Origin: a virus
Lineage: Duplodnaviria > Caudoviricetes
DNA length: 64,000 nt
Direction: 5' to 3' (one strand)
Virus record (IMG/VR): IMGVR_UViG_3300033075_001021
The first letter of the stretch is position 1, and every line of letters begins with the position of its first letter. The notes under the pieces are model-generated. The model worked only from the letters and a program-made list of their open reading frames with translations. It searched no databases and was not told the DNA's origin. This document shows, in pieces, positions 48,428 through 58,113 of this stretch. The position numbers were made by a program, and so were the translations under genes.

Positions 48428-49495
48428 TTATTTTAAACCAACTTCTTCATTTTGCTTTGCAAAGAAATATAGTCGGCATCTTTCAGAAACCTTTGAGTTA
48501 ATATCCTTTGGCTCCAACCCAGCTTCAGCAATGGTATCGCTTTCTTCCTTCATGATGTCTTGAACAACATTTCTGATAAAGTCACCCATCTTCTTGATGT
48601 CGATGCTACCACCGTTCATAAGGTCAAAGGTCTTGTCAAGCATTTGTTCCAAACGCCAGTCAGGTGTAACCTTATTAACCACATCGATAATCTTGTTTAG
48701 CTTAGCATCATCAACTGGCTTTAAGGTTGTTACCTTTGAAGCCTTGCTGTGCTTTTCACCCTTAGACTTGAAACGATAAACCTTACCTTCTGGAGTCATG
48801 TGTGAAAATACAACACCTTCACCAATACCCACGTGTCCGAAAGCCTTACCAACAGGACATTCTTCTTCAACCTCAAGAGTCATTTCAATTATCTTGTTTT
48901 GAGCCAATTGAGGCATATTGAAGTCGATTTCGACAGAATAGGTCTTGTAGTCTTCAATGTTGTAAATCCTAGCCTCTGGGCATCTTAAATCAGAAGAATC
49001 AACCCAATAAGCAACTGGCTTGTCATCTTCACTCTTTGGATGCGGAGTAATCTTCACACCAAAGATGAACATGGACTTATCAATGTTAGAGATTGCTACG
49101 CTCTTTTGAATACCCTTACCAGCCCACTCACCATAGATAGTGATAGTGTTTTCCTTCATGTCAAGATTATGCTTTAAGCTGATATGATAGAATAGGTTCT
49201 GGAACGCACCTCTGTTGGTTTCAACAAAGAACGCAGAGCCAGCATTATCCTTTTCAGGTGTAATGATGTTCTCTCTGGATTGAGCCCACATACCTTCCAA
49301 TTCGTTGTAGGACACACCGAAGTTGGTACCATGAAGCTTGATTGTACCCTTAAAAGTCAATACAGGCTTTGGTCTTGATGGGTCGTAAATGGCATCGCCA
49401 TTCTCGTCCAATCCAACGAAATTATAGCTCCTATTGATATCAGCAATCACGTTCTTGAATTGCTCGATGCTTGGAAATGATATATGCTTCTTCAT
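48428..49495 (-). CDS. Rnl2-family RNA ligase
   Basis: KLHGTN, YGEW, GEGVV, FKSK. Confidence 0.85.
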   Translation of the reverse strand: MKKHISFPSIEQFKNVIADINRSYNFVGLDENGDAIYDPSRPKPVLTFKGTIKLHGTNFGVSYNELEGMWAQSRENIITPEKDNAGSAFFVETNRGAFQNLFYHISLKHNLDMKENTITIYGEWAGKGIQKSVAISNIDKSMFIFGVKITPHPKSEDDKPVAYWVDSSDLRCPEARIYNIEDYKTYSVEIDFNMPQLAQNKIIEMTLEVEEECPVGKAFGHVGIGEGVVFSHMTPEGKVYRFKSKGEKHSKASKVTTLKPVDDAKLNKIIDVVNKVTPDWRLEQMLDKTFDLMNGGSIDIKKMGDFIRNVVQDIMKEESDTIAEAGLEPKDINSKVSERCRLYFFAKQNEEVGLK

Positions 49496-49533
49496 AGTTG
49501 CAAATATACGATTTTATTGTGAATAAATCAAGT

Positions 49534-50913
49534 TTACTTCAAACCTTTCGCCATGGCTTCAATCTCTTTGATTGATTCCAATGTATCGCAGGTGTTTTTA
49601 TCATCCCTAAGTGTCTTAAACACTGGGTGTAAAAGGGCATAGTTACCCTCAGAATCATTGGATAAACCGCAACACTTAACTTCAAGGATGGTGCCCAAAA
49701 GCTTATCTTGGTTATCCGTAATATACTGCATCATTTCTTCATTGATGCCAGTTGGACGAGTGAATACCTTGCCATCGGCTGATTCAGCATTTACACTGGA
49801 GATAACATTTGCGTTCTTACCAGTACCGTAGTTAAAACCAACAATCTTCAGGTCCACATCCATCTCCAACTTCATCTTAACTTGCCAGTTGGGTTTGCCA
49901 TCTTTCCATGTTCCTTCATAAGCTTTAAGGATAGTTCCTTCTTGACCTTGATTTAACATATCTTGGAAATGGCCCATAGCCTCATCATATGAATCAACAG
50001 CTTTGGTTTCAACAAGGCTAATCATGCTTGGTTTACGTTCAAACAGCATATCTGATACACGATTCAACCTTAAGTAGTAAGGTGTATCTGACTTCTGCTC
50101 AAAGTATTCGTCAACATGAATGGTATCCCATACGGTAAACCTGATGGCATCCAAAGCATCTTGATAATTCATATGTTTTTCTTCAAACTTCTTGATTTCT
50201 TTGGTTACATCTTCACCATCCAATTTCTTCTTACCAATGCTTACCAGAGATGCTACGATACCGTTGCTTTCATAACGACTGATACCATCCATGGTAAGTT
50301 CACCATTCAAAACACAATCCTCAAAACCAGCAAGTTCATCCAAGAACTTAGCACCAGTAAGAATTGTTGGTTCACCTTGACGACTTTCCAATTCAACATC
50401 ACCAGAACGAATAATAGCGTTGCAATAACGGCCATCCATTTTGATTTGGCTGTAACCCTTACCACCTTTTTCAAAAATCTTTTTAGCCAGCTTTTCATCA
50501 TAGGATTTAGCACCCATGTAAGGTGTTTCTTCAATGAGCTTCGGGAAAACCTTATTGATAAGACTTGTACCTAGGTTCATCTTACAATCCTTTTCGATGA
50601 TACGCTCAATGATATAAGCATCGTCAGCATCACATAAAGATAAAATTGCTGATAAGTGTAAAAGAGCCGCCTTACCTGTAAGTGTTCTTTCACTCAATAA
50701 AGATAACGCATCTAATGCATCTGTTAAGTCATGTGATAAGATTGATTTATCATAAGATGGTACCTGTTTGATATAGAACTTTACACGCTTGCTGTTGGCA
50801 AGATATAACACCTGCTTTAACAGGTCGTTATCTTTGTATTTACTCAGGATTTCAACTTTCTTTTTGGTTGATGATTCGCCAGCGATTTCATCAAAGATTT
50901 GTTTGATTTTCAT
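49534..50913 (-). CDS. ATP-dependent DNA ligase
   Basis: KMDGRY, LNGEL, EGTILK, KMK, LLHPVF..RDDK. Confidence 0.9.
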   Translation of the reverse strand: MKIKQIFDEIAGESSTKKKVEILSKYKDNDLLKQVLYLANSKRVKFYIKQVPSYDKSILSHDLTDALDALSLLSERTLTGKAALLHLSAILSLCDADDAYIIERIIEKDCKMNLGTSLINKVFPKLIEETPYMGAKSYDEKLAKKIFEKGGKGYSQIKMDGRYCNAIIRSGDVELESRQGEPTILTGAKFLDELAGFEDCVLNGELTMDGISRYESNGIVASLVSIGKKKLDGEDVTKEIKKFEEKHMNYQDALDAIRFTVWDTIHVDEYFEQKSDTPYYLRLNRVSDMLFERKPSMISLVETKAVDSYDEAMGHFQDMLNQGQEGTILKAYEGTWKDGKPNWQVKMKLEMDVDLKIVGFNYGTGKNANVISSVNAESADGKVFTRPTGINEEMMQYITDNQDKLLGTILEVKCCGLSNDSEGNYALLHPVFKTLRDDKNTCDTLESIKEIEAMAKGLK

Positions 50914-51080
50914 CTTTTTTATATCGATTTTTTTTAACGATTATTGTTGCAGATTGATTTTTATCTGGTTTGGTTGTTTTTATTGATATCACTCGCATAT
51001 TCATGACAGTCGATATATCAATTGGTTTTTTGTTCTTCATATGCAAATATATGGGGAATCTTTCGATTCCCCAAATTTTT

Positions 51081-52214
51081 TTACAACATTTTGTACAATT
51101 TTTTATCATCGTACTCCATCATGTATTCCTTTATGGTTCCAACCTTGCCTGTTTGAAGTGCGAAATACAAGCCTGTAAAGGAATCCAGACCCATTTTCTT
51201 TGTAACTTCGAATACCGCAGTAGCATACGCTTTCCTTTCGGCAGCTGTTATGTTCTTTGGCTTTCTTGGTTCCAATTCAACCCAAGCTTCGTTAAGCTTA
51301 GCTATCAACGCATCGTAGCTAGCCTTTAACCTGAAGATTTCTTCACGTCTTTCTGGGAAAGTCGCAGCAAATTCTTCGATTTCATTGGCTTTAACGACAG
51401 TCAATATGTTATGCTCAGCAGTTTTTGACTTTAAGTGGTGAACCGCAACATACGCTGGGTTCTTGATTTTAACACGATTGAAGTTACCGTCCACAACCAC
51501 ATAACCTTCTTCAGACCATGGCATACCTTCAAATGTTCTTATCAAAGCACCGAAGTCCTTTGCGTTCAAATCAAAAGCTTTAACCAACGGGATACCAGTC
51601 AACAAAGAAAAGTTTTTCAACACTTCATAGTTGTCCTCAACCAAAGTTTCTGCATTTCTTGCGGCCAATAATGTAATAGATGATTCACCGTGAGGCTTTA
51701 CTACTATATTATATGGTGTTGTTAATTCAAATACAAAGGTTGTTTTCTTGAAAGACTTGAACAATGATTTCTCAATATTATACTTTTCTTTCAATACCTT
51801 CCAGAATAACTCATTGAAAGTAGTTCCCATCTTGTTGTTTACTTCCCCTTCACCTTCAGCAGTACCAGTAGTTGCAGCAAACCATTCTTGCTTATGCCAA
51901 TCCCAATAAACTTGAATCATTGTACCATCGACTTTTTCAAGTACAACGGCAGAATTCCAGTCTATCTTAGCGGCTTGTGATTCACCGTGATTGAAGAACT
52001 TTCTGAATGACATAGACATAACCTTCCATGTATCCCTTTCAAGAATAAGACCACGACAGTCTTGTACCTCTGGGCATGACATATCAGATTCAATTTGGTC
52101 ATATTTCAAATGAATCTTTGAGGTATATGTACGACATTTTAATTTAAAATCTTGTATTGCCTTAGCTAACCCAAATTTTTTTATATACTTAACTACTGAT
52201 AACTCCTGTATCAT
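51081..52214 (-). CDS. Rnl1 (T4 RnlA-like) RNA ligase
   Basis: DCRGLI, KFFNHGE, EKVDGT, FEL, EGYVV, RVKIKN. Confidence 0.9.
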   Translation of the reverse strand: MIQELSVVKYIKKFGLAKAIQDFKLKCRTYTSKIHLKYDQIESDMSCPEVQDCRGLILERDTWKVMSMSFRKFFNHGESQAAKIDWNSAVVLEKVDGTMIQVYWDWHKQEWFAATTGTAEGEGEVNNKMGTTFNELFWKVLKEKYNIEKSLFKSFKKTTFVFELTTPYNIVVKPHGESSITLLAARNAETLVEDNYEVLKNFSLLTGIPLVKAFDLNAKDFGALIRTFEGMPWSEEGYVVVDGNFNRVKIKNPAYVAVHHLKSKTAEHNILTVVKANEIEEFAATFPERREEIFRLKASYDALIAKLNEAWVELEPRKPKNITAAERKAYATAVFEVTKKMGLDSFTGLYFALQTGKVGTIKEYMMEYDDKKLYKML

Positions 52215-52938
52215 TATTTCTTTTTTTATGTGACTCTGAAATTTTTCTTTTTGTTTCTTCACTCAAAACACGCCCACTTCTTTTTTTACTTTGTTCAATT
52301 TTTAATTGTATTGCCGCATCAACACCCATAATTTCTTCATACGTTTTACCTTTATTCGGATTTTTCCACCCTTTTCTAGCCTTAGATAAACTTTCTTTAT
52401 GTTTATCTGACATTGGTTTTTTCTTTCCTTTATTAGATTCTGAAATTTTTCTTTTTGTTTCCTCACTTAAAGGACGAAATTTTTTCTTTTTACCTTTTAA
52501 TAATTCCGACATTTTTTTTGCTGTTTCTGATGCCCACGGTTTTTGTTTTCCTTTATGTGCATCACTTATTTTTTTCTTATGTTCATCAGTTAATTTTTTA
52601 CCTTTATGAAATTTTGAAACATTAGCTCGAAGAACTTCTTTTTTAGGGTTATTTGAAAATGTATCACCCCCAGTGCCCCCCTCTGCAATATTATAACCAC
52701 CAATATTTTTACTAATAAACTCTTTTTCTTTTTCGTTTAAAGTATCGATATTGTCACATTCAAATATTATTTCCCATTTAAAATTATGAAAACCATATTT
52801 TTTAATCGCATTATAAAATAACCATTTCTTTTTATTAAAGGCTAATTTATGTGATTGTATTCTTTTTTCTAATGTCCCCTTTGTTTTACCAATATAAAAT
52901 TTACCATTTATTGTGTTGGTTGCTTTGTAAATTATCAT
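52189..52938 (-). CDS. GIY-YIG homing endonuclease with NUMOD3 repeats
   Basis: IYKATNTINGKFYIGKT, GYNIAEGG, SEETKRKISES repeats. Confidence 0.9.
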   Translation of the reverse strand: MIIYKATNTINGKFYIGKTKGTLEKRIQSHKLAFNKKKWLFYNAIKKYGFHNFKWEIIFECDNIDTLNEKEKEFISKNIGGYNIAEGGTGGDTFSNNPKKEVLRANVSKFHKGKKLTDEHKKKISDAHKGKQKPWASETAKKMSELLKGKKKKFRPLSEETKRKISESNKGKKKPMSDKHKESLSKARKGWKNPNKGKTYEEIMGVDAAIQLKIEQSKKRSGRVLSEETKRKISESHKKRNNDTGVISS

Positions 52939-52995
52939 AGATTTTAATTTATATTATGTTATATAATATAAATATACTCAAATTGTAATTTAGTT

Positions 52996-53115
52996 TCATG
53001 AACCACAAACATATTTCAAATGAATCTTGTTTTCATACACTTTAGCCTTAAGCTTGAATTTTTCAATAGCTTTAGCTAAACCATTTTCCTCAATAAATTT
53101 TATTATCGCTAACAT
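52996..53115 (-). pseudogene. orphaned original 5' end of the Rnl1 gene
   Basis: MLAIIKFIEENGLAKAIEKFKLKAKVYENKIHLKYVCGS*; 19-bp direct repeat at 52100-52118 and 53010-53028. Confidence 0.9.
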
Positions 53116-53118
53116 GAG

Positions 53119-53367
53119 CTATTCTTTAAACGTTCTACAATATTGTTGGTAATCCTCAAGCCATAATTGATATAAACAGAATTCGCAGCTGTGTTTTTGG
53201 CCCGTGCAGTCGCCATAATGACGACCATCATAGGGCTTCTTGCCTTCAGATAGGATATTTGTGTGGATACGTTTTACCCATTGAATAACATCCTCTCTGG
53301 ACATTTCAAAGGGTAAATCATCGACTTGTGTTTCTTTCTCAACAAGCCAATCTATAAAACATTTCAT
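53119..53367 (-). CDS. hypothetical protein
   Basis: HYGDCT..SCEFC. Confidence 0.6.
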   Translation of the reverse strand: MKCFIDWLVEKETQVDDLPFEMSREDVIQWVKRIHTNILSEGKKPYDGRHYGDCTGQKHSCEFCLYQLWLEDYQQYCRTFKE

Positions 53368-53369
53368 CT

Positions 53370-53443
53370 TGTAGGACCATCAAGAATCGAACTTGAATCT
53401 AGAGCTTAGAAGGCACTCGTTCTATCCATTGAACTATGGTCCC
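53370..53443 (-). tRNA. tRNA-Arg(TCT)
   Basis: Cloverleaf. Confidence 0.85.
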
Positions 53444-53557
53444 ATATGGGCTGCTAAGTAATTTCAGGACCGTCTCCGTGTAGTACCTCTTCCCTCGCTT
53501 ACCCGTCAGTAAGCTACTCTTGGCACTCTCTACCACCTTAGCACTAATTAAGCCCAA

Positions 53558-53920
53558 TTATTTTGTTTCTGAATCACCAGAATCTTTCGGCTGTTCTTCT
53601 TTTCCTTCAGATTTCTTAGTTTGTGGTTCATCCTTTTTTGGGGTTGTTCTTTTCTTTAAGAGAAGTTGAGCTAAAATTTTTCTTTCCAGTTTTTCAGCCT
53701 CTGTTCCTTCTTCGAGTATTCTTTTAGCCGCAAACATAGCACAAAGTTCAGAGAAGATAAACATATCTTCATCACTTACAATTAATTTACTTATTAAAAG
53801 CATAATTGTGCCCGATTGCGCTACCGTGTAATCTTTACCACCAGTTCCTTCATCTATAAGGGCTTGACCCATTTGTTTGATTTTTCCGCTAAGTTCTGTA
53901 CGCCTTGTTTCGTTTTCCAT
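53558..53920 (-). CDS. hypothetical protein
   Basis: ORF behind promoter. Confidence 0.65.
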   Translation of the reverse strand: MENETRRTELSGKIKQMGQALIDEGTGGKDYTVAQSGTIMLLISKLIVSDEDMFIFSELCAMFAAKRILEEGTEAEKLERKILAQLLLKKRTTPKKDEPQTKKSEGKEEQPKDSGDSETK

Positions 53921-53965
53921 AATATATTTTTACAAATATACCACATAAATTTTAAATCTCCAAAT

Positions 53966-54895
53966 TTATTTTGAAATATTTGTTACAACACCACGAATTT
54001 TTATTTTTTGTGTTGGTTTCCAATCAGTTATTTGATTTGACATGACAGGTTTACCGCCATTTGGATTCACTGCTAACGTAACATGAGGAATCGCATTTTT
54101 TGATGGATATCCATTAACTTCTAAAGCAATTGCCATATCACTTTTACCTAAACGCTTAGTTGTCAAGCCAACTTCTTTACCTAAATCCTCTTTATTAGCG
54201 CTTTTTCCAAATTCAATTGTCATGTGATGGCCAATAAAATTCCATCCATCTGGAATTTCATCTTTATACATGCGATAAAGCATATTCCTTGATATTTCAT
54301 CCAACACAACACCTGAATACAAGATATTGGAATCGGGATACATATCCTTAGATTCCAATATCTTCTTAAGTGTTAACGGACCCACACTCTTATGTGTCTT
54401 AACCATTTGTTCAATTTTGTCAAATGGAACACCATGCTGATTCCTTGCTGCCAAGGCTTCAGTTGTTAATCCACCAGTACCAATGTCAACAATTTGGATA
54501 TTTTCATCTGCGTACCCCAACTTCAATGCATGTACAACGTAAGCCTTAGCCTCGTTTGCCTTTAAGTTGGTGTTGTCAATAACAACTGGTGAAATTCCTT
54601 CATCCATTGACCTTTTAGCATTGGTAAGGTTTTTTGAGTGCATACGACTAAGGTCAATAAAGTTTTTAGATTCATTCATCTTAGCGAAAAAGCCTCTGTA
54701 ATCACCAGTTGCTTCAATCAAGTTGTCGGTTGAGTGTATAACACCTTCGCCAACCAAAGACTTAGCTTTGGTTGACTTGCCGCCACCAGATATTCCACGC
54801 ATGATAACCAATACCTTATCTGGTCTTGTTACAGGTACACCCAATGAGTTCTTTTGAACTTCTTCACGTAATATTTCTTTGATTTTATTCTTCAT
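53966..54895 (-). CDS. polynucleotide kinase plus 2',3'-cyclic phosphodiesterase fusion (RNA end healing)
   Basis: GISGGGKST, IDNTN, RNQHGVP; HHMTI and PHVTL. Confidence 0.8.
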   Translation of the reverse strand: MKNKIKEILREEVQKNSLGVPVTRPDKVLVIMRGISGGGKSTKAKSLVGEGVIHSTDNLIEATGDYRGFFAKMNESKNFIDLSRMHSKNLTNAKRSMDEGISPVVIDNTNLKANEAKAYVVHALKLGYADENIQIVDIGTGGLTTEALAARNQHGVPFDKIEQMVKTHKSVGPLTLKKILESKDMYPDSNILYSGVVLDEISRNMLYRMYKDEIPDGWNFIGHHMTIEFGKSANKEDLGKEVGLTTKRLGKSDMAIALEVNGYPSKNAIPHVTLAVNPNGGKPVMSNQITDWKPTQKIKIRGVVTNISK

Positions 54896-54936
54896 CTGGC
54901 AAATATACGAAGATTAATTGAAACCACCAAATCTTT

Positions 54937-55434
54937 TTAAAGATTGATATATACTAATCCATTGGTATCAGTAAAAGTATCCCCAGAATTGTATTTCTGT
55001 AACATATCTTTCCAACCCAAACCAAATGTTTTTTGAAGATGTGGGTTATCTTGGAACTTCCAAGTGCCACCCCATTCCCATCCAGCTCTTCTGAATACGT
55101 TTACTACTTCCATCCAATCAGCAATTTTATCACCGTCCCAATCTTTTTTAATATCCCATGAGACTTCTTTGTCATTAATTAATAACGCAAAATCAAATGC
55201 AACCCCATAATTATGGAAACTTTGACCACCTTTAGCTTGGGTTACTTTTTTGCCTGGTTTTGTACGACCTTGCGCATAAAGTGCATTTTGTTCATCAAAT
55301 GTTCTAAGTGCTTGTACAATTCTTATTTCAGAGTGGGTTGTTAATTGAGCGTTAGCTTGATTAATTAAAAACGTAACTTCATTTCTTAATTTAGGATGAA
55401 GTAGTTGAATCCTTTGTTGTGTAACATTATCCAT
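54937..55434 (-). CDS. M15 peptidase endolysin
   Basis: RTFDEQNALYAQGRT, SFHNYGVAFD, DNPHLQ. Confidence 0.9.
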   Translation of the reverse strand: MDNVTQQRIQLLHPKLRNEVTFLINQANAQLTTHSEIRIVQALRTFDEQNALYAQGRTKPGKKVTQAKGGQSFHNYGVAFDFALLINDKEVSWDIKKDWDGDKIADWMEVVNVFRRAGWEWGGTWKFQDNPHLQKTFGLGWKDMLQKYNSGDTFTDTNGLVYINL

Positions 55435-55437
55435 GTT

Positions 55438-56091
55438 TTAATATTTTATTCTTCTTTTATTATAATGTGTGTCATAAACACCTTGTGTTAAACCATAGTC
55501 AACTATTACCAATGAATCACTACCACCTCTATTAACCAAACCCCATGAACTTAATCTACCAAGGTCACCAGAATCACTATCGGAACTCATAAGAAAATCC
55601 ATAACATCATTTGCAAATTCACTGTTATCCAAAAATTCTTTAACTTCTGGGTCAATAGAAAAATATGCTTTTCGACCCCTATTTTCAGCAGTTTGATTTC
55701 TGAGATATAGACTAAACGTTAAAATATCAACACCAACAATTTTTTTAAATACGCTTGGTGATACCTTACGTGCCAATTCCATTTCCACCCATAAAGCATC
55801 ATTATGATATTCATATATTTGTGCAACTATATTTGAAAAGTATCTTTCATTACCATATTGTATTTCAACTTCGTTTTGTGCGATACCTTTTCTATTTTTA
55901 GCAAGTTTTAAAACTTTTTCGTTGTCCACTTTATATGCAATCCTTCCAGAACCAGATGAAATACGTTGAAGATGTTGTTCGCAATATCGTTGTCTTTCAG
56001 CAAAAGACCTTAGTGCTGCAAATTGCTCTATATTCCATGTAGTTGGATAATCTTCACCCATTACATCCTCATATATGTCTAATATCTTCAT
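55438..56091 (-). CDS. kinase-like protein
   Basis: SSGSGRIAY, VLKLA, AQNEVE, DLG..SWG, IVDYG. Confidence 0.65.
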   Translation of the reverse strand: MKILDIYEDVMGEDYPTTWNIEQFAALRSFAERQRYCEQHLQRISSGSGRIAYKVDNEKVLKLAKNRKGIAQNEVEIQYGNERYFSNIVAQIYEYHNDALWVEMELARKVSPSVFKKIVGVDILTFSLYLRNQTAENRGRKAYFSIDPEVKEFLDNSEFANDVMDFLMSSDSDSGDLGRLSSWGLVNRGGSDSLVIVDYGLTQGVYDTHYNKRRIKY

Positions 56092-56518
56092 TATTTAAAT
56101 GATGTGTTTTTTATTAACCTTGATTTTTTATTGACAATTTGTAACGCTGAATCTAATAGTATTTCTCTACGGTCCATTTTTTCTGGTACTGGTGAAAATA
56201 CAACCGTATCGGCCATTGGACCAGAGGCAGTTGCAATATCAGTTGGTGACATATCAAGAGGTATTGTGCTGGTTGAGTCAAATGTATACCTTGATTTTTC
56301 GGCTGATTCTTTGCCCATTTCCCTTATTATTGCTGATAACTTAACATAATCATCTAAAAGAGCCCTATTTTCAGCGACCAATTTAGAACAATCATCACTT
56401 TTAAAATATGTGCCAATGAGATAGGTTCCTGAACCAAAAACCAATAAAACCAAAAGAACCACAAAACGCTGTTTCATGGTAAAAAGCTGTAAAATCTTAG
56501 CATATTCTTTCATATTCA
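56091..56518 (-). CDS. membrane-anchored hypothetical protein
   Basis: N-terminal TM segment; follows TATTTAT motif. Confidence 0.55.
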
Positions 56519-56567
56519 TAAATATGCCCCATAAATGAAAAAAGGTGCCAAAAAGCACCTTTATTTT

Positions 56568-56659
56568 GCGGAGAACAGCGGAGTCGAACCGCACCCAGCT
56601 TCTTAAGCCGAGCGTCACGCTTAGCAGGCGGACCCCCTCACCGTCAGGGTTTGCTCTCC
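56568..56659 (-). tRNA. tRNA-Ser(GCT)
   Basis: Type II cloverleaf. Confidence 0.85.
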
Positions 56660-56664
56660 GTAGT

Positions 56665-56738
56665 GTAGTCCCAAAGGGATTCGAACCCCTATAGTCTGCT
56701 TAGAAGGCAGACGTCCTATCCAGTTGAACGATGGAACC
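56665..56738 (-). tRNA. tRNA-Arg(TCT)
   Basis: Cloverleaf. Confidence 0.9.
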
Positions 56739-56742
56739 ATTC

Positions 56743-56834
56743 TGGACCGCTAGGCGGGATTCGAACCCACATTTGATATTATCGCAGCTCCAATTACAGA
56801 TAACGGTTTAGAAGACCGATTTGGCTACAAGCGG
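56743..56834 (-). tRNA. D-armless tRNA-Arg(TCT)-like RNA
   Basis: Acceptor, 8-nt linker, CTTCTAA arm, long variable region, T arm, CCA. Confidence 0.65.
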
Positions 56835-56879
56835 ATGTGTGAATTTATTTGACTTGATTAACAATATCACTAAAAAGTA

Positions 56880-56953
56880 GGTGGCCTCGGCGGGGGTCGA
56901 ACCCACAACAAACGTTTAGGAAACGCTTATGATAACCATTTCACCACGAAGCC
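56880..56953 (-). tRNA. tRNA-Arg(CCT)
   Basis: Cloverleaf. Confidence 0.85.
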
Positions 56954-56955
56954 AT

Positions 56956-56984
56956 TGGTAGTCCCAGAAGGATTCGAACCCTCT
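56956..56984 (-). pseudogene. 3' fragment of a split tRNA-Arg(ACG)
   Basis: GAGGGTTCGAATCCTTC TGGGACT ACCA; pairs with GGTCTCA of 57522-57566. Confidence 0.8.
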
Positions 56985-57396
56985 AATTATTTTCAACATA
57001 GTGTAATTTTCTATGGCAATTTGAACATAAAATAATACACTTCTCAACTTCCCTCATTATTTTTTCAAGACTGTATGTGTTATAGATTAAATTTGAAACT
57101 TCAAATTCTTTACTATTCCTATCTTGATGATGAAAATCTAAACAGGCTATATGTGTTTCGCCACATTTTTCGCATTTTAGTTTAGACTTAAAATCACGAT
57201 ACCATTCTTGGTTTCTTTTCTTATTTTTTAGATTTCTATTTAGCGTTGTTTGTTTATTACGGTTGTAAGATTCTTTTCTAATTTCTTTCCAACATAATAC
57301 ACAAGCGCTATGATAAACACCATTTTTTTTATTTTTAAAAGGAAATTGATTCAACTCTTTTTCCTTTTTACACCTTGAACAAAATTTTCTTTCCAT
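56983..57396 (-). CDS. HNH endonuclease (tRNA-associated; start MERKF)
   Basis: CEKCGETHIACLDFHH..CSNCHRKLH. Confidence 0.85.
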   Translation of the reverse strand: MERKFCSRCKKEKELNQFPFKNKKNGVYHSACVLCWKEIRKESYNRNKQTTLNRNLKNKKRNQEWYRDFKSKLKCEKCGETHIACLDFHHQDRNSKEFEVSNLIYNTYSLEKIMREVEKCIILCSNCHRKLHYVENN

Positions 57397-57442
57397 AACT
57401 TTTTTTAATAAATATTGCGAATTATTAAAAAAGTTCGTAACT

Positions 57443-57519
57443 GTGACCTTAGAGGGATTCGAACCCACCACTTCTCTTGGTTCGTAGCCAAGTGTTTTAT
57501 CCAGTTAAACTATAAGGTC
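57443..57519 (-). tRNA. tRNA-Arg(ACG), replacement copy on the HNH element
   Basis: Complete cloverleaf. Confidence 0.85.
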
Positions 57520-57521
57520 AT

Positions 57522-57566
57522 ATCTGATTCGTAGTCAGGTGCTTTATCCAGTTAAGCTATGAGACC
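57522..57566 (-). pseudogene. 5' fragment of a split tRNA-Arg(ACG)
   Basis: GGTCTCATAGCTTAACTGGATAAAGCACCTGACTACGAATCAG. Confidence 0.8.
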
Positions 57567-57570
57567 ATTT

Positions 57571-57645
57571 GTGGTTCCAGAAGGATTCGAACCCTCACCA
57601 AACTTACTTCGAAGGCAAGTATGCTGTCCATTACACCATGGAACC
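57571..57645 (-). tRNA. tRNA-Arg(TCG)
   Basis: Cloverleaf. Confidence 0.85.
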
Positions 57646-57819
57646 ATTAATATTCCCAACCCTTATGTTTTATGTTAGGAATTTCGGTTTTAGGAACCCT
57701 GCGAATCTTACGGTTGCGCTGGTTCTTTAACCATTTTCTTGAATGTGACTTATGACCAAGAAATCTTTCAAGATGTTCAATCTTTTCTAAACATAAACTC
57801 ATAAAATAAGATTATTTTA

Positions 57820-57890
57820 GTCGCGTAGAAGGGAGTCGAACCCTCTTGGCCTGCCTTATGAGAGCTGGCTGTATTCCAATAACCTACGCA
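57820..57890 (-). tRNA. tRNA-Met(CAT) with reduced D arm
   Basis: Loop CTCATAA. Confidence 0.65.
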
Positions 57891-57900
57891 ATGTGGTTAA

Positions 57901-57975
57901 GCGGGTCAGGTGAGAGTCGAACTCACATCTCGCAACTTAACAGGTTGCCGTTTTAACCATTAGTACTACCGACCC
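57901..57975 (-). tRNA. tRNA-Asn(GTT)
   Basis: Cloverleaf. Confidence 0.85.
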
Positions 57976-58040
57976 ATGAGCCCCGTAATTCAATTTCATT
58001 ATCGTATCCCAAACGGGGCCACAAGAATACGATTCCAATT

Positions 58041-58113
58041 GAGGACTGTGAGAATTTCGAAATCTCGACCCGCACCTTAACAGGGTGCCGCTCTGCCTCT
58101 GAGCTAACAGTCC
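58041..58113 (-). tRNA. tRNA-Asn(GTT)
   Basis: Cloverleaf. Confidence 0.85.

Noticed and set aside
991-52938. Group I intron explanation for the endonuclease insertions
   Set aside because: Flanks are only a few to ~60 nt with no P3-P9 core, and duplicated gene starts explain continuity instead.
57648-57803. Arg/Lys-rich small ORF ahead of the Arg tRNAs as another leader
   Set aside because: There is no terminator/antiterminator, and its composition fits an ordinary small basic phage protein.
57979-58032. Pseudoknot after tRNA-Asn as a theta/HDV-like ribozyme
   Set aside because: It lacks P3/L3 and does not start at the tRNA 3' end, so it is kept only as a generic pseudoknot.
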